From positions 256,001 through 320,000 of the forward strand of contig CAWAGQ010000011.1 in NCBI GenBank assembly GCA_963781585.1: a DNA stretch of 64,000 bases, in the 5' to 3' direction. The notes under the pieces are model-generated. The model searched no databases. It had not been told where the DNA came from and saw only the letters and a list, made by a program, of their open reading frames with translations. Source of the stretch: an uncultured Gemmatimonadaceae bacterium (GTDB taxonomy: Bacteria > Gemmatimonadota > Gemmatimonadetes > Gemmatimonadales > Gemmatimonadaceae). Positions 30,317 through 39,504 of the stretch are shown piece by piece. Position 1 is the first letter of the stretch. Every line of letters begins with the position of its first letter. Position numbers and translations under genes: made by a program.

Positions 30317-32869
30317 ATGAACACCGTGCCGCGCGATCGTTTGTCCCTGCCCTGGCTCGACCACGTCCGCCAGGACGTGCGCTACGCACTCCGTGGGCTC
30401 CGCCGATCGCCCGGTTTCACCGCGGCCGTCGTACTCACCCTCGGCCTGGGCATCGGTGCCAACGCGGCGATGTTCAACGTCATCGACCAGATGATGTTCC
30501 GGCCGTATCCGTACCTGCGTGATCCGGCCCGTGTGCACCGCGTCTACCTCCGCATGCCGGGGCAGAATCGCCAGAATCGCCAGGAGTCGTTCCCGTACAC
30601 GCGATACCTGGACCTTACGAAGTGGACGAATTCCTTCTCCCAGACCGCGGCGTTTTTCCCGGTCACCGTCGCGGTGGGCACCGGTGAGGCGGCGCACGAT
30701 CGTCCGATCGCCGCGGTGAGCGCGAGTTTCTTCGGGTTCTTCGACGCCCGACCGGTGGTCGGGCGATTTTTTGTAGCCGCCGAGGACACCGTGCCCGTCG
30801 GCGCGCGAGTGGCGGTCCTGAGCTACGCCTTCTGGAAGGCGCAGTTCGGCGGAGGCGATGTGATCGGCCGGCCGATCCAGGTGCACAACGTGTTGTGCAC
30901 GATCATCGGCGTTGCTCCCGAGGGATTCATCGGTGTGGCCGACGAGCAGGCCGGATCGGGCACGGGCTGGAGCCCCGATCTGAACCCGGGGCCGCCAGTG
31001 CTGTTCATGCCGATCACCACGTTCGGCGGCAACCAGGGCGGCGGCTCGTCGGTGGACTACTGGCTGCGCTACAACTGGGACTGGACCGAGATGATGGTGC
31101 GGCGCAGGCCGGGCGTCTCGATCGAGCAGGCGAGCGCCGACCTCACATTGGCGTACATCCGGAGCCGCGACGCGGCCCGTGCGATCCACTCGTGGATGCC
31201 GCGCACCGATCCGGTGCGCCCCCTTGCGCTGGCCGGCGCGCTGAAGACCGCGGCCGGGCCCTATCCCGGCCTGGAAGCGCGCACCCTGGTCTGGGTGACC
31301 GGAGTGGCGATCATCGTTCTGCTCATCGCGTGCGCGAACGTCGCGAACCTGATGCTCGCGCGCGCGCTGCGCCGGCGGAAGGAGGTCGCGCTGCGTCTCG
31401 CGCTCGGCGTCAGGCAGTCGCGGCTGGCGGGCCAGTTCCTCATCGAGGGACTGGCGCTCTCGCTCTGCGGGGGCGTGACGGGGCTCGCGATCGCGCAGTG
31501 GGGCGGGGCGGTGCTGCGCCGCCTGTTTCTGCCACCGGGAGGCGCGGCCGGGGTGGCCACCGACTGGCGAACGTTAGGCGTGGTGACGGCAGCGGTGGTG
31601 GTGGTGGGCGTGGTCACCGCGCTGGGGCCGATGCTGCTGACCGGCCGCGACGACCTCACGAGCGCGCTCAAGGCCGGGGTGCGTGAAGGCACCCATCAGC
31701 GCTCGGGACTACGTGGGGCGCTGGTGGTTTCGCAGGGCGCGCTGTCGGTCGCGCTGCTGGTGGGCGCGGGCCTGTTCGTTCGCAGTCTGGCGCACCTCGA
31801 GGACATGCGGCTGGGCTACGACGTGAATCCGGTGCTCCTGGTCAATTGGCAGCGCCGGGGCGAGCGGATGGACGCGAGCGATCTGGCCAATGTCCGGCGC
31901 CGGCTGCTCGATGCCGCGGGCACCATCCCGGGCGTTGAGCGCGCAGGATGGGCGAGCAACGTGCCCCTCCTGGGTTCATCGACGATGCCGCTGTTCGTGC
32001 CGGGGATCGACTCGGTCTCGCCGCGGCTCGGTCGATTCGACTACCAGATGGCGAGCGTGGACTACTTCAGTGCGATGGGCACGCGCATCCTGCGCGGCCG
32101 GTCGTTCACCAGCGCCGATGGTGCGGGCGCACCGCGCGTAGTGGTGGTGAGCCAGCAGATGGCCCGCGTGCTCTGGCCGGGGGAGGATGCCCTGGGCAGG
32201 TGCATCCGCGTTGGCGCGGACACGATGCCCTGCACCACGGTGATTGGTGTCGCCGAGGATGCGGTGCACGATCCGGTGAAGGACGAGCCGATCCGGTACT
32301 ATCTGCCGTTCGATCAGTTTCCGCAGGAGACCGGCGCGATGATGGTGCTGCGAATGCACGGGAATCCCGCGGCAGCCGTCGAGCCGGTGCGGCGCACCCT
32401 GCAGGCGGTGATGCCCGGCCAGCAATATGTCACGGTCGACCCGATGGCGAAGATGCTGGCGGCGCAGCGCCGCTCGTGGCGCGTGGGCGCGACCATGTTC
32501 GTGGCATTTGGCGCACTAGCGCTGCTGGTGGCGGCGGTCGGTCTCTACGCCGTGATTGCGTACAACGTCGCGCAACGGATGCACGAACTCGGTGTCCGGA
32601 TCGCGTTAGGCGCCCGCGACAACGATGTGCTGCGGCTGGTGGTTGGCCAGGGTGCGCGGCTCGCCGCCGCCGGGGTGGCGGCCGGGAGCGCACTCGCGCT
32701 CGCGGCGGGTCGGTGGGTCCAGCCCCTGCTGTTTCACCAGTCCGCAAAGGACCCCGTGGTGTTCGTTCTGGTGGGGATGATCCTGATCGCGGTGGCGCTG
32801 GCCGCGAGCGCGGTGCCCGCGGCCAGGGCGATGCGTGCCGATCCGAACACGGTGTTGCGCACGGAGTAG
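30317..32869 (+). CDS. ADOP-type ABC permease
   Basis: QDVRYALRGLRRSPGFT, ACANVANLMLAR, RADPNTVLRTE; start 30317 (ATG) or 30284 (GTG). Confidence 0.95.
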   Translation: MNTVPRDRLSLPWLDHVRQDVRYALRGLRRSPGFTAAVVLTLGLGIGANAAMFNVIDQMMFRPYPYLRDPARVHRVYLRMPGQNRQNRQESFPYTRYLDLTKWTNSFSQTAAFFPVTVAVGTGEAAHDRPIAAVSASFFGFFDARPVVGRFFVAAEDTVPVGARVAVLSYAFWKAQFGGGDVIGRPIQVHNVLCTIIGVAPEGFIGVADEQAGSGTGWSPDLNPGPPVLFMPITTFGGNQGGGSSVDYWLRYNWDWTEMMVRRRPGVSIEQASADLTLAYIRSRDAARAIHSWMPRTDPVRPLALAGALKTAAGPYPGLEARTLVWVTGVAIIVLLIACANVANLMLARALRRRKEVALRLALGVRQSRLAGQFLIEGLALSLCGGVTGLAIAQWGGAVLRRLFLPPGGAAGVATDWRTLGVVTAAVVVVGVVTALGPMLLTGRDDLTSALKAGVREGTHQRSGLRGALVVSQGALSVALLVGAGLFVRSLAHLEDMRLGYDVNPVLLVNWQRRGERMDASDLANVRRRLLDAAGTIPGVERAGWASNVPLLGSSTMPLFVPGIDSVSPRLGRFDYQMASVDYFSAMGTRILRGRSFTSADGAGAPRVVVVSQQMARVLWPGEDALGRCIRVGADTMPCTTVIGVAEDAVHDPVKDEPIRYYLPFDQFPQETGAMMVLRMHGNPAAAVEPVRRTLQAVMPGQQYVTVDPMAKMLAAQRRSWRVGATMFVAFGALALLVAAVGLYAVIAYNVAQRMHELGVRIALGARDNDVLRLVVGQGARLAAAGVAAGSALALAAGRWVQPLLFHQSAKDPVVFVLVGMILIAVALAASAVPAARAMRADPNTVLRTE

Positions 32870-33050
32870 GACACCTGGGTCGCACCCGTACCGCAGCGTC
32901 GCCAACCCGGCGCGCGCGTGGGGAGGTCGAGATAGAAACTCCAGAAGCGGAGCACGCCGTTCGCCGTGAAGAACGCGAAGCCGAGCGCCCGGGCTCTCCA
33001 TCCCGAAAGCCACGACACCTGCGGCCGTCGATCGATCATCGCGATGTGAG

Positions 33051-35015
33051 TTACCCGCCCTGTGGGGGAAGCGCAAATGCCACGATTGCGTCGCCCTCTC
33101 CAAAAAGGTCGCCGCCGCCCGCTGCGATCACCACGTACTGGCGCCCTCCCGCCTGGTAGGTCATGGGAGTCGCCCGCGCCCCGGCTGGCAGGCTCGCGTG
33201 CCAGAGCTCGCGCCCGGACGCGGTCTCGAACGCGCGAATCTGACGGTCCAGCGTGGCGCCGATGAACGTGAGTCCGGTGGCCGTGACGATCGGCCCGCCC
33301 AGTCCGGGCGATCCGGTGGGGTGCTGCACCGCGGCACCGTCCGGCGTGGGGAGATCCCCCAATGGGACGCGCCAGCGGATCTGTCCCGTGGAGAGGTCCA
33401 CTCCCACCAGCAGACCGAAGGGTGGCGGGGAGCAGGGCAGTCCCGACGGCCCCTTGACCAGACGCCGGCGCATGACATAGGGGGTGCCGCGCATCCGGGT
33501 GTACTCGTAGCCCGGCTCGCGCCGGAACCCGGGCGCATCCACCTTCTCGTCAGGCATGAGTTGCACCTCGGCGATGAGGGTGTTCACCGGAATCACCGCC
33601 ATGGCGCGCGCGCTGTCGGCGGCAGCGCCACCCCACGCCGCGCCGCCGATATTGGACGGACGTACGAGCGTGCCGTGCGTGCTGGGCGGCGTGAAGATCG
33701 ATCCCATGCGCAGACTGCCCACCATCCGGCGACACGCTGCGCGGTCGGCGGGCGTCGGGCCCCAGATGCTGTCGGTGGTGAAGCCGTGGGGACTGAGCGG
33801 TGGCGTGACTGTCGGAAACGGCTGGGTGGGCCACGCCTGCTCGCCCGGGACGTCGCTCGCGCGTACCGGGCGCTCTTCGACCGGAAAGACAGGCGCACCG
33901 GTCTCGCGGTCCAGCACGTACAGCATCCCCGTCTTGGTCGCCTGAAGCACCGCCGGGATGGCGCGGCCGTCCTTGATGATCGTGACCAGGGTGGGCGGTG
34001 ATGCATTGTCGTAGTCCCAGAGGTCATGGTGCACCGTCTGGAAGCTCCACACCACGCGGCCGGTCGAGGCGCGAAGCGCGGTGATGGAATTGGCGTAGCG
34101 ATTGGCGCCCAGGCGTTCACCGCCGTAGTAGTCGGGAGCGGCGCTGCCGGTGGGCACGAACACGAGATCGCGCGCCGGATCGGCGACGATGATCGACCAG
34201 GCGTTGGCCGCCCCGGTGCGCGCCGCGGAGCCGTTCAGCCAGGTGGACACGGCCGAGTCGCCCGGGTCCTGCGGGATGGGGTCCCACGTCCAGCGGAGCG
34301 CGCCGGTTCGTGCGTCGAACCCGCGGACTTCGCCGCTTGCCGGCGCGAGCCGGCCGTTGTCGGCGATGGCCGAGCCGACGACGACCAGTCCGTTGATCAC
34401 CGCGGGCGGGGATGTTTCCTCGTACGCCGGCGGCTCGAACGGGGCGACGCGCAGGCCCGTGCGCAGATCGATCGCGCCGTGATCGCCGAAGGCGTCGCAC
34501 GGCGTGCCGGTGGCGCCGTCGATGGCGATGAGCCGGGCGTCGATGGTGGCGATGTAGATGGAGCGACGGCACGCGGCGCCGGCGCGTGCCGATGGATCGA
34601 GCCAGGTTGCAGCGCCGCGGTTGGTGAAGTCGCCGTAGCCCCCTTCGGGGTTCACGTGGCTGTCGTAGCGCCAGCGTTCCGCCCCGGTGGCGGGATCGAG
34701 CGCGATGACGCGACCGAGTGCGGTGGTGAGGTACATGGTGCCATCGACCACCAGGGGAGTCGTCTCCAGGGCCGGTGCGCGTCCCCGATCGGGGTGAATG
34801 CCCATCTCACCCGTGTGGAAGGTCCAGGCCACGTCAAGCCGGGCCACGTTGTCCGGGGTGATCTGGGTGAGTGGCGAGAAGCGGGCGCCGCCGGGATCGC
34901 CGCCGTAGACCGGCCAGTCACCTGGCCGATTCGGGTTCGCTGGTGCGGAGGGTGCGCACGCGCTGAGGAGCGCAATCGCGATTCCCGGTGCGAGGATGCT
35001 CGTTAGGTGGCGCAT
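33051..35015 (-). CDS. PQQ-dependent dehydrogenase (glucose/quinate family), lipoprotein form
   Basis: Start MRHLTSILA with lipobox LSAC; DWPVYGGD, RFSPLTQITPDNV, HHDLWDYD, PMTY.GGRQYVVIAAGG. Confidence 0.9.
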   Translation of the reverse strand: MRHLTSILAPGIAIALLSACAPSAPANPNRPGDWPVYGGDPGGARFSPLTQITPDNVARLDVAWTFHTGEMGIHPDRGRAPALETTPLVVDGTMYLTTALGRVIALDPATGAERWRYDSHVNPEGGYGDFTNRGAATWLDPSARAGAACRRSIYIATIDARLIAIDGATGTPCDAFGDHGAIDLRTGLRVAPFEPPAYEETSPPAVINGLVVVGSAIADNGRLAPASGEVRGFDARTGALRWTWDPIPQDPGDSAVSTWLNGSAARTGAANAWSIIVADPARDLVFVPTGSAAPDYYGGERLGANRYANSITALRASTGRVVWSFQTVHHDLWDYDNASPPTLVTIIKDGRAIPAVLQATKTGMLYVLDRETGAPVFPVEERPVRASDVPGEQAWPTQPFPTVTPPLSPHGFTTDSIWGPTPADRAACRRMVGSLRMGSIFTPPSTHGTLVRPSNIGGAAWGGAAADSARAMAVIPVNTLIAEVQLMPDEKVDAPGFRREPGYEYTRMRGTPYVMRRRLVKGPSGLPCSPPPFGLLVGVDLSTGQIRWRVPLGDLPTPDGAAVQHPTGSPGLGGPIVTATGLTFIGATLDRQIRAFETASGRELWHASLPAGARATPMTYQAGGRQYVVIAAGGGDLFGEGDAIVAFALPPQGG

Positions 35016-35130
35016 GCGGGCTCCGAAGCGAGGGACGCGGAGGAGAATGGCGGTCGCGGCACGGCGACGCAAACGGGATGGGAGAAACGGGACCAGCATG
35101 GGACGACCGGGACACGGCGGGGACGACGTG

Positions 35131-35178
35131 GGAGGCAGTGGACGCAGTGGAGGCAGTGGAGGCAGTGGAGGCAGTGGA
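35131..35178. repeat. 9-bp tandem repeat (GGAGGCAGT)x5
   Basis: Five units, one variant GGACGCAGT, between the divergent PQQ-dehydrogenase and ADOP genes. Confidence 0.9.
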
Positions 35179-35225
35179 CCCTGGGGGACGGGCGGGACGA
35201 GGTGATACACGTGGTGCTGCAGCAA

Positions 35226-35287
35226 TACCTTGACATCCGACAACAGGCGCATCATCCTGCAGGTTCGCGTTGTCGAATGTCTAGGTA
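35226..35287 (+). promoter_or_regulatory. Sigma70 promoter of the ADOP gene bracketed by a 19-bp inverted operator pair
   Basis: TTGACA(35230-35235)-17 nt-CATCCT; TACCTTGACATCCGACAAC (35226-35244) matches the reverse complement of 35269-35287 (TACCTAGACATTCGACAAC) at 17/19 positions. Confidence 0.7.
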
Positions 35288-35338
35288 AGGGGCACGCGGC
35301 TCCGGGCCGACGGGCCGGGTTCACGGAGGGCAGGGCGC

Positions 35339-38005
35339 ATGACCATTTTCAGACAGTTGCGCCGAAGGCTGTTCGGCCTGGTACGCCGGTCGCGCTTCGA
35401 GCGCGACATGTCGGACGAGATGTTGCATCACGTGTCGCTCGAGGCGGCGGATCGGATTGCGGCGGGCCTGACGGAAGGGGAGGCGCGGCGCCTGGCGCTG
35501 CGCGACTTCGGGGGTGTGGAGCGGTGGAAGGAGGAGGCGAGGGACGCCCGGGGTTTCGGTGGCTGGGACGCGTTCTGGCAGGACGCGCGTTATGCGCTGC
35601 GCGCCCTGAGGCGAGCGCCCGGGTTCGCCACGATCTCGGTGACCACGCTCGCGGTCGGCATCGGGGCAACGACAGCGGTCTTCGGCGTCATGAACGGGCT
35701 CCTGTTGCGGCCGCTCGAATACCGCGAGCCGGACCGCATTGTGCAACTTCTGTCGTACGATGCGGACGGAAGCGGCCGCGGCACCATCTCGGCCCCCGAC
35801 TACTACGACTGGATGCGGCAGTCCAGCGTGTTCGAGGCAGGCGCGCTCTACGACGAGTACAGTCCCACGCTGCTGATGGATGGCAGTGTGCGAAAGCTGG
35901 ACGCGGCGTCGGTGGGGGCTGGGTTCTTCGACGTCCTGGGCCTGCGGCCGGCGGTGGGGCGGTTCTTCCTGCCTGACGAGGATGCCGGCGGCGCCAACCG
36001 CGTGGTCCTGAGCTGGGGTCTGTGGCGCGACGCCTTCGGCGGCGATGCGGGCGTCGCAGGCCGGGTCATCAATCTGAGCGGCTTTCCGTACACCGTCGTG
36101 GGCGTGGCGCCCCGCATGGAGGAGCCCGGACTCTCGGGTGCGGGGTTCGGCGCGCCGCAACTCTGGCGGTCGACTCCGCAGTACTTCCGGAGGAGCGAGC
36201 GAGGGAGTCACTCGTTCACCGCGATTGCGCGGCTCAGAACGGGCGTCTCGCGCGAGGCGGCCGAGGCGTCGCTGGCGGCGATCGAGTCTCGTCTGGCGGA
36301 GACATTTCCGAGGGAAGACACCGGCCGCCGTGTCCGCGCGGCGTTGCTGACCGAGCAGATCGTGGGCGGTGTGCGGGGCGTGCTGTGGATGTTGCTGGCG
36401 GCGGTCGGCCTGGTGCTGCTCGCGTCATGTGCCAACGTGACCAATCTCCTCCTGTTCCGTGCCGCCGCACGCCGCCGCGAGATTGCCATGCGAACGGCGC
36501 TCGGCGCGTCCAGGTGTCGGGTGGTGCGTCAGCTCATGGTGGAGAGCCTCCTGTTGGCGCTGCTGGGCGCGGCGGGTGGTCTTGCGATCGCCGCTCTGTC
36601 CACGCGGTGGCTCGTATCGCTCGCTGCGGGCGAACTGCCTCGTGCCCAGTCGGTCGGCATGGACTACCGGGTGCTCACGTTTGCGCTGGTGGTCGCCTGC
36701 GGATCGGCGTTCGTGTTCGGCCTCCTCCCCGCGTGGCATACCGCGCGCGTGGACCTGCGCGCTGCGCTGGGCGGGGGACACGACACCGCGTCGCGTGGTC
36801 AGGGACGAGTGCGTCGGGCGGTTGTGGCGGCGCAGGTCGCCATGGCCGTGGTCGTCATGCTGGGGGCGGGTGTGCTGGGCCGCTCGTTGCTTCGGCTCGC
36901 GGCGGTCGATCCCGGCATCGTGGTGAGGCAGGTGCTCGCACTGCGCATCGATCCACCAGCGGATCCGTATGATCCGTCAACCGCCGCCGGCGAGACGGCG
37001 ACGCTGGGACTGTACGACCGACTCACGGAGCGGCTGGGCGCCCTGCCCGGTGTGCAGGCAGTGGGCATGACGGACCTCCTTCCGATGTCGGGAAGCTTCG
37101 ACGGGAACGGCTTCACCGTCGTCGGGCGTCCTGCGCCCGCGCCGGGTCATACGCCCTCGGAGGAGACGCGCGCCGTGAGTCCGGGGTACTTCCGCGCCAT
37201 GGGGATCCGCCTGATCTCCGGTCGCCTGCTGGAGCCGTCGGACAATGGCGCCGATACATCCGAGAACGTGGTGGTGGTCAACGAGGCCTTCGTGCGCCGG
37301 TACTTCCCGGGGGGCGGCGCGGTGGACGCGCACCTGCAGATCTTCGACGCGGATCCGCCACCGCGCATCGTGGGTGTGGTAGGTGACGTGGCGCAGTTCG
37401 CGCTGGATCAGGCGACCGAACCCGTGATCTATGTGCCCCAGTCACAAGCGCCGGTCTGGAAGCAGGACGAACCGTGGATCGTGCTGCGCACCACGACCGA
37501 TCCGGCGTCGCTCGCGGCGGCCGTGCGGGCGGTGATTCATGAGGTCGAACCACGGACGCCGGTCTATGCCACCCAGACGATGAAAGCGGTGGTTGATGCC
37601 ACGCTCGCGCGGCCCCGATTTCGCACCCTGCTCCTCCTCTCGTTTGCCGGGGTGGCCTTTCTGCTCGCGGCGATCGGCGTCTACGGCATGCTGGCCTACG
37701 CGGTGTCCGCGCAGATGCGCGAACTCGGTGTGCGGATGGCGATGGGCGCCGATGGCCGCCGCATTTTCGCGCACGTGATTGGCGAGGGCCTCAAGCCCGT
37801 CCTGCTCGGTGTCGCGATCGGGTTGATCGCCGGCTTCGGCGTCGTGCGTCTGCTGCGCGGTTTTCTATTCGGCGTGGGAGCGGCAGATCCCGTGACGTTT
37901 CTCGGGGTGCCGCTCGCACTCGCGACGGTCGCGCTGATCGCCGCGACGGGCCCTGCGTTGCGCGCGGTGCGCCTGTCGCCGACGACCGTGCTGCGGGGGG
38001 AATAG
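35339..38005 (+). CDS. ADOP-type ABC permease
   Basis: 888 aa; ERDMSDEMLHH extension, QDARYALRALRRAPGF, SCANVTNLLL, SPTTVLRGE. Confidence 0.95.
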   Translation: MTIFRQLRRRLFGLVRRSRFERDMSDEMLHHVSLEAADRIAAGLTEGEARRLALRDFGGVERWKEEARDARGFGGWDAFWQDARYALRALRRAPGFATISVTTLAVGIGATTAVFGVMNGLLLRPLEYREPDRIVQLLSYDADGSGRGTISAPDYYDWMRQSSVFEAGALYDEYSPTLLMDGSVRKLDAASVGAGFFDVLGLRPAVGRFFLPDEDAGGANRVVLSWGLWRDAFGGDAGVAGRVINLSGFPYTVVGVAPRMEEPGLSGAGFGAPQLWRSTPQYFRRSERGSHSFTAIARLRTGVSREAAEASLAAIESRLAETFPREDTGRRVRAALLTEQIVGGVRGVLWMLLAAVGLVLLASCANVTNLLLFRAAARRREIAMRTALGASRCRVVRQLMVESLLLALLGAAGGLAIAALSTRWLVSLAAGELPRAQSVGMDYRVLTFALVVACGSAFVFGLLPAWHTARVDLRAALGGGHDTASRGQGRVRRAVVAAQVAMAVVVMLGAGVLGRSLLRLAAVDPGIVVRQVLALRIDPPADPYDPSTAAGETATLGLYDRLTERLGALPGVQAVGMTDLLPMSGSFDGNGFTVVGRPAPAPGHTPSEETRAVSPGYFRAMGIRLISGRLLEPSDNGADTSENVVVVNEAFVRRYFPGGGAVDAHLQIFDADPPPRIVGVVGDVAQFALDQATEPVIYVPQSQAPVWKQDEPWIVLRTTTDPASLAAAVRAVIHEVEPRTPVYATQTMKAVVDATLARPRFRTLLLLSFAGVAFLLAAIGVYGMLAYAVSAQMRELGVRMAMGADGRRIFAHVIGEGLKPVLLGVAIGLIAGFGVVRLLRGFLFGVGAADPVTFLGVPLALATVALIAATGPALRAVRLSPTTVLRGE

Positions 38006-38011
38006 AAACGG

Positions 38012-38062
38012 CAGGTATCCGCGATCAGGTATCCGTCATCAGCTATCAGCTGTCAGCATTCG
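38012..38062. repeat. Degenerate heptamer tract (CAGCTAT-like)
   Basis: caggtat ccgcgat caggtat ccgtcat cagctat cagctgt cagcatt; a similar tract lies at about 38683-38768. Confidence 0.6.
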
Positions 38063-38163
38063 GCCACCGCTGCGGCATGCCGCATTCAGAGGTCACGGTG
38101 TGCTACGTGCCATGAACGCCAGGATCCGCTACGACCTTCGGCTCATGAGCTCGTGACCTGCAG

Positions 38164-38652
38164 TCAGTTGAACCCATGCGACCTGCGCAGGCGTCGGTAC
38201 TCGAGCCAGGTGATACCGATGACGAACAGGTCGAGTGCGGAGAGCGCGAGCAGCCCGAGCGACTTGGTGTGGGTGTAGCGGTATAGTTGGTATAGAAGGA
38301 AGAGCAGGAAGGCGACGATGGCCCACCGATAGGCCCGGGCCTTCCGTCGTAACAGGGCGGCGACCAGTGCGACTTTGATTACGCCGTGGACGACCAGGTA
38401 CACGGCGCCGAACAGTTGGGTACTGGCGGACAGGTGCGCCGACGCCTGGAGGAGGATCCGTGCCAGAGCGTCTCGCGGGTCTTCGCTGAGCTCGTGCTGC
38501 GTCAACGTCGCTACGATGCCGGTGATCTGCGACCGGGTGAGGGCAACCAGGAGTACGCCGCCGGCGATCTCCAGTGCGCCGTCGATGCCTTTGACGACGA
38601 CACCGATGTCGAACAGGACGTGGACGAGTTCTCCGCGCCGGCGAATGGTCAC
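38164..38652 (-). CDS. DUF2127-family membrane protein
   Basis: KGIDGALEIAGG, LTQHELSEDP.D, YLVVHGVIKVAL, YQLYRY, D.FVI..TWLEYRR. Confidence 0.8.
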   Translation of the reverse strand: MTIRRRGELVHVLFDIGVVVKGIDGALEIAGGVLLVALTRSQITGIVATLTQHELSEDPRDALARILLQASAHLSASTQLFGAVYLVVHGVIKVALVAALLRRKARAYRWAIVAFLLFLLYQLYRYTHTKSLGLLALSALDLFVIGITWLEYRRLRRSHGFN

Positions 38653-38787
38653 GGGGCTCCGATGTCGCGCATTGGGATACGTCAGGTATCAGCTATCAGA
38701 GATCAACATGCAACTGTCGGCTCTCGCTCCAGGTCTTCACGCTGACTACTGACCGCCAACCGCAACCGGACTATCTTTCGCCTCGCC

Positions 38788-39303
38788 ATGTCTCCACCAC
38801 CCAGACGGCGGCGCCCCAGGCGAAAGGCGAAGCCCAGGCGCCGCGTTCCCGAACATTCGTCGGTTCCGACTGGCCGGGCGGCGTATGCCGATACGCGCGC
38901 CTGGCTTCTCGCTGAGCACGGCCCGGTCTGCGCCTACTGCGGGCACACGTACACCCCGCGCTCGCTGACCCTCGACCATGTCGCCCCGCGCAAGGGACAG
39001 TCTGCGTACGACCGACGCGACAACCTCGTCCTCGCCTGCAAGCGCTGCAACACGGCGAAGGCCGACAAGCCGTTTCTCGTCTTCCTGCTGGCGCAGCGGA
39101 CGCGCGCCGAGCGGCTGCTCCGCTATGGCCAGCACCTGAGCAAGGGGATTCTGGACATCCTGCGCCACATGGCGCCTGACGTGATCGTCGAACCGAAGGC
39201 AAATGCGCAGGCGCAGCACGCGGGTCACCGGCCCGCCAAACGACACAAGTACGGTGACAGCGACGATTCTCCGTACCGGGACGACTCGCCGTACAGGACA
39301 TAG
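38788..39303 (+). CDS. Standalone HNH endonuclease (McrA-like Zn-binding)
   Basis: CAYCG...TLDHVAP...NLVLACKRCNTAK. Confidence 0.85.
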   Translation: MSPPPRRRRPRRKAKPRRRVPEHSSVPTGRAAYADTRAWLLAEHGPVCAYCGHTYTPRSLTLDHVAPRKGQSAYDRRDNLVLACKRCNTAKADKPFLVFLLAQRTRAERLLRYGQHLSKGILDILRHMAPDVIVEPKANAQAQHAGHRPAKRHKYGDSDDSPYRDDSPYRT

Positions 39304-39504
39304 AGCGTCAGCAGGCCAAAGACCACACCTCACCGACTGCCCCAGGTCTACACCGGGCTGATCTGCAAAGTCCCCGAGCGCACCGCCGCAGCCGTATATA
39401 TCATCACTGTCATCGCGGCTTCGACTGGTGCCGAGGCCGCTGCGACTGGGAATGGCGACGCAGGCAGTCTGTTCCCGACATCGGCGTTAGGCGGGCCCGA
39501 CCAC

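Noticed and set aside
1..38005. Prophage, integron or IS-bounded genomic island
   Set aside because: No integrase, transposase, phage genes, attC-like sites or tRNA target recognised, despite the TA modules and gene remnants.
38788..39303. IscB/Cas9-like or restriction-modification nuclease
   Set aside because: Only 171 aa, with no RuvC motifs and no methylase or recognisable guide RNA nearby.
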